DNA of 60,070 nt, the filler included, from Trypethelium eluteriae (lineage: Eukaryota), in assembly GCA_051942245.1 (NCBI GenBank). It is 4 parts of 4 records of this genome, joined end to end, with 100 filler letters (N's around TTAATTAATTAA, not from the genome) between each part and the next. Parts side by side here need not be neighbours in the genome. Positions count along the whole stretch, not along the records: positions 45,154 to 60,070 come from JAVECL010000667.1; 3 more parts are not named here. One strand, written 5' to 3'. Positions 49,173-60,070 of the stretch are shown one piece after another. Every line of letters begins with the position of its first letter. Position 1 is the stretch's first letter. The position numbers and the translations under genes are program-made. Under the pieces are notes generated by a model, which did not search any database, was not told the DNA's origin, and worked only from the letters and a program-made list of their open reading frames with translations.

Positions 49173-52074
49173 TTATTCCCAGCGCTTCCATTCCTCTGCA
49201 ATCTTTTCGATCTCACGATCTACTCTATGAAGCTCTTCCTTCGACTGAGATTTCGGGCTCCACCTCTTCATATCGTCGGCCTGGTTCCTAAGAGCCTTGT
49301 GCCTGTTTTGTAGATGCATTTCTGTTGCTTTCCTTTCTCTGGCCTCACGTGCGAGCAGGCTCCAGTCATCTCGTTCTGTAGCCCGACGCCAAACATCTCT
49401 CATCCTTGGAGAATACAGTTGACAAGATGTCCCCAATGAATTTTCCCGAACGGGCTGCATTTTTGGGTTGAATTTTTCTGCAATTGGATGGCCTTCCTTG
49501 ATAGCAGGATAGACGACCACCTCGAAGCACGACTCGCAGGCAGTCAGCTCAGGAAGCTGCGGAATGAAATACCACCGTTGCTGCACCATCAGGTTGTCTC
49601 TCGCACAGGCAGGCAGAGGCTTCTGCTTGTTTTTCCTGATCAGTGAGATAAAAGGGCGAATGTCCGGGGATCTTCGATGCAATCGAGCAAGAGTGTCAAT
49701 GTCAATGAGAGAGTCCAGGTAAGATGCAAATGGTTTGCTCTTTGGTTGAAGGTCGCACGTGAGAGGCGAGCGAGGCTCAGACTGATGTATTCGTGTGAAC
49801 GAACCTTGTAGTGAAGGTAAGAGAGCCTCGACGTTGCTGACACAATTTGAACAAGCATGAAAACCGGAGACGTGATTTCTTGAATCGTCATATACGCTAT
49901 ACCACGAACGCTTTTCTTCTTTATCGCCAGGACAAGGTTTCTCAACCGCGGCAACAGCTGCAAGGGCAGCGAAAAGATTGAGATTGTCTCGCTTCTCTTT
50001 CAAGGTAAGAAGCCAAGCCAGTCGCATCCAAGGTGAGCTGAAGTCACATTTTCTTGGCTTGCCCAGACGTCTAGCAGGTGCCTTCTTGAAAAATTTTCCA
50101 AACTTGGACGGAAGGAAAACAGCCTCCAAGCAGTCCGGACAGATGTCAATATCCTGATAGTATTCGAGGGTATACCAGTCATTGTACTTAACGGAATACT
50201 CACTGCGCGGACAGACATGTAGAAGCGGCTTGTCGACAGGAGACGACTTTTCGGTATTGTCACTCACTGCCCGTTTGCTTGAGTCTTTCGACTGGGGGAT
50301 TCCTTCCGCAACCGTATGATGGCGCGCGTGTAGTCGTGGTCGGGATGGACCTTCTCTGGAAGACCGGGAGGTTTCTGAATGATCGGATGGTAAAGTTGGA
50401 GACCGTGAGCGCGTCACTGACAGAGGAGCACTTGACTTGCCGGTGCTGGGAGAATAGACATGGTCCTCGTAATTTGGCATCATGGGAATATTGTCTTCCG
50501 GATAGGGCAAAACAATGCTAACGTTAGATGGCTTTTTGGGGGAGGGACCAGGGATGCCCGCACTAGGAATAGGTGGAGTTGAGTCGGACCGTATCGATGA
50601 GGAAAGCCGCGACTGTGTTCGAGCTCTGTCCTTTGTGGGTTGAGGACAGCTCCCATACCGATCGGGCGGGTTATCTGCCCTTGCGAGCGACTGATTCACA
50701 GTAGAAGCGTCGTGTCTAGTCGGAAAAGATGATGGCGTGGAGTTGTTTACCGCGTAGCTTACTGGGGGAGGCTTTGAACGAGGTGATCTTGTTGAACTGT
50801 AATCTGGATGATTCGGTTCCCTGGGATGAGGGGAATCCGGAGGCGTTAGAGGAGCACCACGTGGAGCCGCAGGTGATACACCCCTGAAATCTCGATGCTT
50901 TATCTCCGCACTACGCAAAGGGTCACGATTATCGCCGGTCTTGGTCCGAAGCGCCTCGTCAAGGTCATCAGCGAATGAGGTTCGTAAGGGACTCGGCCTC
51001 GCTCTCTTCGCCTCACGATCACTGGCTGATGGTGTCTGCAGTGGGCTGGGTTTCGACTTATTCGTCCCCAGAGTAACTCGAGGCAGCGTAGCGGCCGTGT
51101 CGGTGAGTCGCCGAATGCTTGACGGTCGATCTTTGGGATCAAACTTGAGAGTTTGGCTCTCGCTATCATTGCCTTCACTGAACTTAACTCTGGGTTCTTT
51201 CTTTTCAAGATCCGCTTTGGTGAAAGAATATCGACTTGATTGAGCCTTATCTCGTACTTGGTTCGCTTCCTTGGTGTTTGAACCAAAATCGCCAACGACA
51301 TCGTCAGATGTCGCAATTCCATTAAAGTTACTGGAAGCCTGACCAGTCGATGCTGTTCTGAAAATCCGAGGTCTGCTAGGTGTGGAGTTGGGAGCTGCAT
51401 GGCCATAATCGGAGCGGGTCTCATATCGACGGGCAGTCTTTGATGAGGTGATAGATTCTGGAGACAGAAGATATTCGCCAGAATGTCGATTGCTTGACTT
51501 TGGTGGGTCTCGAGCGAATGCATAGGGCGAAGGTTTCCGTTGGGTGAACTCCGGAGCTTTGTCTGTTTCAGTCGATATTCGAGCAATTTTACGCCTTCCA
51601 CGTCGAGAAACTTCACTATCACTGCTACTGTGTTCACTCGGTGTATTCGATTGCAGGTCCTTGTCTTCTGGCTTCACTTCTACCATGATGGGTTCTTGAT
51701 TGACACTTCCTCGGAGACATGCCTCATCGCTACTATCATCACCAGATACGCTAGCTGGACCCGTCTCTTTTGCCAATGCCTCAGATTCATCCTCTACGCT
51801 TGGTGAAGGCGGCCAAGATCGTCGCTTGCGTGGTGGACGTGAGGAAGCTGAGGCCCGTGCTCTCGAAGTTTCTCGCCGATAGTGTTCAGCATCATCGTGG
51901 TATCGAGTCTTGCTGTGACATGCATTAGTACAGCGACTCAGCTCCGGCCGGTTTGATTAAGACCCACTTCGACGGTCTTAGACCGTAGTCCTTGTAATTG
52001 GAAGTATGTCCAAATGAGTCATGTCTAGAAGGTTCTGGCCGAGAAGAGTATTTACTGCTATCGTAAGAAGCCAT
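49173..52074 (-). CDS. Conserved Pezizomycotina Ser/Arg/Pro-rich protein with a Cys-containing C-terminal domain
   Basis: Exon 1 MASYDSSKYSS..., intron ~51914-51967, then RRSWPPSPSVEDESEALAKE into an 867-codon ORF. C-terminal CPRS...DWYTL...ICPDC, CDFSSPWMRLAW and SCQLYSPRMR...W motifs. Confidence 0.8.
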
Positions 52075-55000
52075 ACAGTAAAACGCCAAAACCCCGCAGT
52101 ATCGAAGCCAGACCTAAGGAAGGTGTAGAGAGGTAGTAGCAATAAAATAAGGAAAGCACATGGGTAAGGGGGAGATAGATGTTTTTGTTGCCTGCTAAGG
52201 ACTGAGGACTAAGGACTAAGGAGGGGCATGGTTACTCGGAATTAGGAGTGGAGTCGTATTGCCTGCTTACGCGATAGGAATGCGAGTGGAGAAGTGGTGG
52301 GCAATGGGGAGTAGACAAATGGCGGTGTACCGAAGAGAGGGAAGTCTGCTGCAGGCCGCTCGGGAAGGCGAGCACTGTGGTTCCGATTGCATTCGGTCCT
52401 GTCGATCTCTGCTGAGCTACACGTCTGGCATGTCGCAGATGCATGCGTCTGTCCAACCGCCAGCGTGGATTTGGTCTGGGTCCCGCATTCGCATGCAGCC
52501 AGGCGAACCTGCATTGCCCAAAGGCGTAGAACAGCGTGCCGTCCGCATAGCCATCCGGCCGTTGCTCACTGGCTTCAGCCGTTGGGGATGGAGTGGGTGC
52601 GACCAATCGAGTTTGCCACTCTCTCTCTATCTGTCTCGGCCGATACCTTGGGATGAAAGTTTTGCACTCGGCTAATCGGTCCAGAGCTTTGTGGCCGTCT
52701 CCAAGAACAATCACTTGCTCTAGAGTGTACGCGGAACTCTCGGATGGACCATGAAAGCATCTTTGACCTCTAGAAAAGTCCTTGGAGCGGTCGTTCTTCA
52801 TCAAAGGTAGTTGTCGCGTGACAATTTCCCAGTCAATGCAATACTCTACGGTACTCTAGTGAGTTTTTTGGCTCAGGCATTCCCGCTTCTACAAGACTCA
52901 TCGTCGCCTGCGTAATTCCTACGAACCTTGGTAACGCCGGCCCAGCTACAGATAGCCAGCAAGACACCGCATATCGCATGACGCCGGTCAGCCGCAGAAT
53001 CAAGGCGAGCATTGCGCCTCAACTTACACGAGCACGACGCGCATAAGTAGCTTTTCAGCAGTGCAACCCCTTCCGGCGTTTCAGTCATCAATCACAGCGC
53101 AACACGCGTGTTTTTCTTATATTGCTTTTCACCTAGATCGCTTTTCATCATCCATCTTGCACTCACGTTCCTCGAAAATCCAGGACGATCATTCCCTGTG
53201 CGTACTTCAGCTCCACCAGTGCTCAAATTCTCGTGAAGCCAAAATTTGGGTATCCCTTTGAATGCTCGGGCTACCATAGGCTACCGCAAAACATCCATAC
53301 ATTATTTCTTCGGGGAACGGGATCGGTGGACCGATGGCTGCATGTAGCTCTTTCCACTTGGCCTCATCCTTTGAACATACTTTTCGTTAGAGCTACCAGC
53401 TGGCTATCTGAAGCTTGAGAATATGTTATGCTGTTGACCTTTGAAGTCTAAGTTTCACTATCGAGTACATAAGCCATGCCAAGTTCCATGTCTTCTCTCG
53501 GGAAACATCAGCCTAATCATTGATTAGTTGAATAAGAAAAAGGGCAGGAACGTTAAGAGAGGTCGCCATTGTTCCAGCCATTGGCCCCGTCCGAGTGTCA
53601 TACGCCTTCATGTGCTTTTGTCTTCCTGGTACAGGAGAAATCTCCTTCCAGTTCACGTCGATAAGGCATTGGCGACAACTGTAAAAGGGCATTTTTGCAG
53701 GAGACCGGGGCCTGTGCCAGATTCACCGCATGAATATTCAACAAATCAGGGCATTGATTTCTGCATCTCTCTCGGCTTTCCTCCTTGCTTTTACTGGACA
53801 TCAATCAACAGCATTTTCGCCCTGCATTATACATGGTGGGGAAACTGCTAAATGCGGTAGGCTGGGCGTACTGCTACTTGCCAGCGAACAAGTGCATATG
53901 TGCCATAAGGACCAATCGAATCATCAAACACAGATCTCGCCTCGTTGCCTCATGAATGTAATTCCATTACCGATATCCCACTGGTCAAGTTCCGCTGAGT
54001 CAACAACTCTTGGGGCTTGGAGCGAGCTCCGAAACTCCATTTGCGATGGCAAGGGTCACTTGCCATCTTCAAAGCTGCCAATCCGGTGTTCGGAGTCTGT
54101 ACAGAGACTCTGTTGAGATAGGAGAAATCGAAGTGTTTGAAGAGCTTGAGTCGACCCACTTGATACATAACTAGGTACGACTCAAGTCTGTGTACTGCCC
54201 AGTGATTGAGACCACGTCTTGTGGGAGTGCTGACCGGTCGAACAGTGTCAACCCACAAAAAGCAAAGGAGCAGTAAACCAGCCACAATGTGCGAGCCCCT
54301 CATGAGAGTGTCGAGGTAGGGTTACTCTAAACAGGGCGCCTAACAGCAGCTCGCTCCGCCACTCCACATGATGAGAAATATTAATTACCTCATACAGAGT
54401 CCTCTGTACCCACAATGAGTTCTAGGCTCCTTAGATTCGGAGCTGATCATTGCCACAATGATCGAGTTTCAGAGTAAAAGGTAACCCAGAGCCAGCCTTT
54501 CTTCAAATTCGCTTGTACATGAGTAAGGCTAATGGCATTAGCATCGTGCCGCATCAACACCATAAGTACTGCCCATGTCCTAGTTCTCGATGCCTTTGCT
54601 GCATGGCAACGGCTGTACCAATAGCCACCATGATTATATCGCTTTCAATGCAAGTCATCGCTGATTCTCCTCAATTTAGCAAGGCTACTCGGCCGAAATC
54701 AGCAATGTATCCAATTACTCGACCACATCATCCTGTGCTTCTTTGATAGACAAGGAACCACATCACGCTGGAGTGCGACAGGGTGTTACAGACGTGTCAC
54801 CCTAGATGCTTAATTACATACCTCTGTTGGTTTGGCACTACACACTGCCACTTGCAGGCTCAGGCGGTGCTCGAGCGGCCCAGGCGTGGCGTGTAGCTAT
54901 ACCGCCACAGCTAGGGTTTGCTTACCAATTTCTCACGCCTAAGCGTGGAAAATGAGATTGGTGTGTCTGGTTGGTACCGGTGACTCTACCTGATTTAATC

Positions 55001-55597
55001 CCTTTCCCTGTTTTCCAGGGTCATCAAGAATGAATACAACCAATTCGTCTCCCTCGCCTTTCCGTTTGGTGCCTCTTAAGTTACAACTTGGACTTACACA
55101 TCAACTCTGACATTATCGCGCAACGATGTCGGCATTTGATCTGCTTGATGTGTTCGTATAGGAAGTCGAATGCACCAAGAACCCTGCGCAGGCTACAACT
55201 GGAATCGCAATAGGGTAAAGAGGAGTTTTGTTTTGGACAGATGAGGAGCACCATGCTAGGTACTGGAGAGATTACCCTCACGACGATACGGACCAAAATA
55301 TTGAACAAGTCTACTTTCTTAGTCATGGCGGGAAAAAAAATAACAACCACCCCTGATAGAAGTGAATTGTCAGCCGAGGGAGGAAATCCTACTGATCTTT
55401 TGTCGAACAAACACGGTCGAGCCGATGGGGACTAGTGACAATTGGAATCAGAATGATGGGCATGAAACGCTAACCTCACTTAATTGATTCCGTGTCATTA
55501 GTGCCTAAAACCGGTCCCAGCTCCAAAAATGTATCAATGAAGGTCTCAGTGAGTATTCCGCATGTGACTGTGTATATCGGGCCGGAGAGGCGCTGCC

Positions 55598-55978
55598 GAT
55601 GCTGGAGATAAAGAAGCAGGTCCTCGAACGCGAAGGTATGCGTTGCTTGTTTTTACGATCATGCTACGCTTTTTGGCGACGACTGGACGGCGGGCATAGA
55701 TGCTGGCCATTGGCCCAGAGAGCTGGCCTAAAGCTGCGACGATCTTCCATGATGAAGTATCAAAATGGGAAAGAGGTGGGATCTGATCCCTGGATAGTGA
55801 TCGAAAGTCAATCTTGGATATGGAAAAGCTGGAGAAGGATTCTGATGTCTTGTCGATTAGAGTATCGAAAGAACTACGGGATCGCTCGAGTAATGCACTT
55901 ACTTCCCCAGAGCTACGAACATGGGAAATAAGATTTAGACATGTCCAGCTAGATGTAGAAAATGCGGTGGAGGCATGA
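55598..55978 (+). pseudogene. Possible decayed ORF with two in-frame stops
   Basis: Protein-like frame DAGDKEAG...GRRA*MLAIGPESWPK...ERGGI*SLDSDRKS...VENAVEA*, with stops at 55697 and 55784. No family recognised. Confidence 0.3.
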
Positions 55979-57446
55979 TGTGCCATGTGATGTGTGAGAA
56001 GGCATTTCTATCACGTGAATGCGAGTGAGGGTCGTGAGTTATCCATGCATATAGATATCCTCGCCTCCGCACTCAGTCCACAAGCTTTCGCCACCAATTT
56101 ACCACAGTTAATGCAAGGTTTCGGAACGTCTATGATCTAACTAAGGTGGAAGACTGGGAGTGGGAAGTCTGGCAAAATTAGGCATTTCATGGCCGGTTTG
56201 AAATTCGTTAATTTGTAATGTTCAGGCTCCTGAATTCGTTCTATATGATAAGCAATATCAAATACTCAGGACTTGATTTTAGAGTATTTCGGTCCACCTT
56301 CGTGCTTTAGGGTAAAGCTTCTCTGTTATGTGAGCCTACCTGCCTGGATTTGTGTTATGGTATCGGAGGAAGGAAGGTTAAGGTAGGCTATAGAGGCAGG
56401 CACCTACGCACCTACCCACAGAATCGATGCTATCCATTCGAGCAGTCTCATCCCATTCCTGCTGTGTATATGACTTCCAGATGCTAGATTCTCAGAATGA
56501 TCATGATCCAGTTTCATCATAAATTTGTTTCGTATACAGGTGCTAGTGGATACAAGGATTCTAGTGCTTGTTGAAGACATCCTTACGTTCACGTGTTTCC
56601 GTGTCATATGGAGTTCTTAACGGCCTCTGGTACCTCTTCTTACAATCCCATCACAGTGGCGTATGCCTAAGTCATGTAGGGAAAAGTATTCAAAGGAATG
56701 TGGTATCAACCTAAAACATGATGTTGCTAAGAAATTTCAGCCCCTCTATTCTCCTAATAGTCTGAATTCTTTTGGGACTCAAAGCGTTAATAGCTCCAGG
56801 TCCGGAAATGCTCGCGGTAAGTCAATGATGGCAGCAGCGACAGCTTGAGAGGATCATTCGTGATGTCAAAGTCCTTGTGTCGAATCGCTGCCTAGCCATA
56901 TCAGGTGTAGATGGGAGTCTCATGGCTCTTTATCCAAGTATAGTAGGGCGCAACTTTGAGACCAAATCACATCGACCGAGCAACATAGCTTTTTTGCAAT
57001 ATGCTGCCACTCCGAAAGCTAGTCTGCAGAGCAAGATTCCAGTAGAAATACTTGGAATTGTGCTGAGTAGCCGCAACTTGATCTACCAACTCAAATCGGC
57101 CGTCCATGGGCCTTGCTTGAGAACTGACTATATTATTTGATGCCAATATGAACGGAACTTTCACAACCCATTTTACAACATGATCAGAGATCTTTCTGAA
57201 GCTTTACCTCTAAAGGATAGATAGCCGAAACCATGTCCGATGTACACTATGGGTAGTAAAAGCTTGTAGATTAAGCTATGGAGGCGAGGACATCTATGTC
57301 TACACGTGGCCAACTCACGATCATGTGATAGGGTTGCTAATGGGATTACTTTCTCACACATCATGACTACCTTCTTATACATCATATGCAACATCAATCT
57401 CTTGAATCTTGGATGCTTATTAGAACATTGAGACAACGCCTTTTTC

Positions 57447-59533
57447 CTACAGATTGACGAGCGCAAGTAAAGAAATCGGTAGAATTATAGTTCTTTGAGA
57501 GACCAAAATCCGCCTGCTATCTTAATCTGCGGTCAGTGGCGCGATGGTCGTGCTCTGTACTGACAGGCAGCTTGAAGACGTGCTCGTGGCCGACGTTGTC
57601 GTCGAACTCTGCAAGGGAAAGAATCCTGAAGATGTGCTCGTGTCTGACGTTGTTGTTGAAATATGCAAGGGAAAGAATGCTGAAGACGTGCTTGAAATTG
57701 TGGGAGAAACGACCTCGTTACTTCGAATTGTACTGCTGTCCATTTTCGTCAATATTGTCAATGCCGAAGTCCCTTCAATCACGCCACCCAATCCGTGCCA
57801 TATATAACTACCGATATCTGGCATAGAAGTCGCTGAGACTACAGTGTTGGAGCTATACGTAGATGTCTTGTCCGCGATACTATATTTTGGAGTCGAATGG
57901 GAAGCCTATTCTGACTCTCATGTCATGAAATCAGACGGTATCTGCAGCAAACCTCCCTCTGGGCCCAAATTTGGGCCATCCGAGCTAGCAGGAGAATTAT
58001 TATCAGTCTGGCTACTCTTCAATCCAAGAGATATTGTTTGATCAGAGATGCTGTGCCCTGAGGAGGACTCTAATATGCGAGTAATGCTGCCAGAGCTCAC
58101 TGCAGCTGAGAGAATCGGCCTGGAGTCCAGCAACGTGAGCCAATCAGAGACCTGTGATAGGAATGAAGGAGATGCGGCGGTTGGGATGTTTGTTTGACGG
58201 CTAGGAAAGGTGTAAGCTATTGCGCTAATCTGTGAGCCTGATGTGCTTGTAACTGAAGAGCCAGGATCTGGTGTATGACTGGATGTTGCCGATGACACTA
58301 TATAATGAGACGAATCATGTGAATACAATGTCATAGTGTCCGGGGTTGGTGTCGCTGCTGAAACGCTTTTAGACGAAGAACTCCATGGTCCCCAGATTTG
58401 CACACTCGAAGTCTGCGTTGTCTGGGTACTATCCTTCTTCGCCGATGAATCGTGAACGCTTGATTGCTTCGGCAGCGGTAAAGGTAATGTTTTTCCTGCC
58501 GGCGAAGCGTTTGGCGTTACCTGGCTTGATATTGTAGTCGTTGAAGTTGCCAATATGTTTGCATACGAGTCAACACCACTTGCTGCGACTGCCAAAGGCG
58601 GATAGCGTAGTCTACTAATACATGCAGTATACATACAGCCCGTATATGGAATATCAAGCGATTGGTGTGTCCACACTGAAGATATGTCATTGGGATAAAG
58701 TAGTTTCGTTTGACCCAAGTCCTGTTGGAGATAGCTTGGCACCAGAGTGTATAGCCATCCTCGAATGTCCTCTAAATCGGTACTACCGGTCTGCTGGGTC
58801 AGAGAATAGCTTGGAGTGCGTGAAGTCGCATAGCTAGGTAGGCAACAAGTACCATCGGTTCCTACTCTTGGTACCTCAGCTGCCGTGGGATCGAGGTCGA
58901 CCTGGGCCCATGCCGAGACATATCCGTAAGTTCCAGGAGATGTGCTTCCTATTCTCAGTTACTTCGCAAAGTGGGCTTTGTCTTTTGCTTACACTGGCAA
59001 AACAGCTGCCCAAGTCATGCTGCCCACTGGTTCGAGATAATGTGTAGGATATGTACTTATGACTTTAGGCTGGGCACTTGGAAAGACAATGAATTACTGA
59101 CACTGTTACTATCATGTCCCACAGGCTCCCAACCACTTGTATCACCGTGCCGGCAGTGTCAGTGTCAGTACGTGTTAATAGTTCCAAGGAACCGTTCGTT
59201 TCATATTCGCTGTTGTATATGGTGGAAGACCAAGTCTGGTTGTTTTCTTTGTTTACTGTGATCATTACAGTACCCACTGTTGTTGGAGTAATGTATTGAG
59301 TCCAGTAGTACGAATATGCACTCATGTACGGTCCCCAAATATACGAGGAGGGAAGAACGGTGTTATTGAATGTTGGGCTGGAGATCGACCCTGCGCGTTT
59401 TCTAATATCTAACATCGAATTAAGTCTTCAGTGATACTCATACTAGGACAATCTCAGCCTTACGCTGTTGGCAAGTTACCAATGGCAGGCAAAGGCCGGT
59501 GGTGAAAATGAGCATGTAAAGAAGGCCAGCCAT
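57447..59533 (-). pseudogene. Secreted Ser/Thr-rich, GPI-type cell-surface protein gene with premature stops
   Basis: Signal peptide MAGLLYMLIFTTGLCLPLVTC is spliced to HIRKR-AGSIS (Kex2-like site). Ser/Thr-rich body. In-frame TGA (57918-20), TAG (57906-08) and TAA (57522-24) precede the hydrophobic tail RTIILPISLLALVNL* at 57447. Confidence 0.6.
57574..57695 (-). repeat. 54-bp tandem repeat (~2.3 copies) encoding an 18-aa Ser/Thr unit
   Basis: GAAGA(C/T)GTGCT starts at 57574, 57628 and 57682 and encodes STSS(A/G)FFPL(H/Q)xSTTTS. Confidence 0.85.
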
Positions 59534-60070
59534 ATCAAATTTGGCACCAACGAGACTGCCAACGAGGCTTGGAGAAAGCAACGAACGCAAGTCTCCGAGA
59601 CTTGCCATCAATATATGAATATTTTTATAGGAAGACTGACAGACGTACGATTTCGATGTCGACGGTTGATTCCTCGGAATCGCCGAGAGCTGCGCTTAAC
59701 AGCCGTTTGCCATTCGTGTATCTATCAGTCCCGCTACCACTTGCGCCCCTGGCACTCACCTTATCCGGAATATGCAATAAAAAAAGGGCCTCAGAGCCTG
59801 CATCTGCCACTTTGCCTTGTATTCATTGAGCTTGCTTTTGTTCTCTTTGGCAAGCCTTTGCATCCCAGCGCTTCCTCCCAGGATAGCTACAGTATGCGCA
59901 AGCTTTTTGGAACAGAACTCGATGTCATTCTGATGATGTTAGGCACCGTTTTTTGGAGAAAAGGACTCGATTAATTTCTCTGTGTAACCTGAGATAAGGG
60001 CTCTATATAAACCTCATCGAAAATGAGGACAGTAAAAAACCTAATTAACTAGTAAAATGAGGACCTACGT

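Overview
Filamentous ascomycete (Pezizomycotina-type) genomic DNA with short GT-AG introns. The window is not one locus. It is four contigs of descending size (14974, 14960, 14919, 14917 bp) joined by artificial 100-bp N44-TTAATTAATTAA-N44 linkers. Contig 1 (1-14974): F-box/LRR-like gene (partial), FCP1, ATG26/UGT51, PEP4, MRX11-like, UBC7. Contig 2 (15075-30034): beta-carbonic anhydrase with a possible mitochondrial presequence, a conserved hypothetical gene, FWD1-type F-box/WD40, CDC24, an NRAMP transporter. Contig 3 (30135-45053): RPA135 (partial), ARL8, a ~7.5 kb accessory island, an RCR-family gene. Contig 4 (45154-60070): DmpA/S58 peptidase (partial), a two-HKD phospholipase D-family gene, a conserved Ser/Arg-rich gene, decayed ORFs and a nonsense-disrupted secreted Ser/Thr-rich GPI-type gene. 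The most unusual feature is in the island: a non-coding array at 38606-39192 of 19 units of about 28-35 bp. Each unit is CGAC-variable-GTCG-(T)TAAA-variable. The array appears to sit in a multiply spliced leader upstream of an orphan two-exon 671-aa gene with a Gln-rich heptad repeat. No tRNA, rRNA, CRISPR-cas or recognisable transposase was seen. All product calls are from motif recognition by eye, not database searches.
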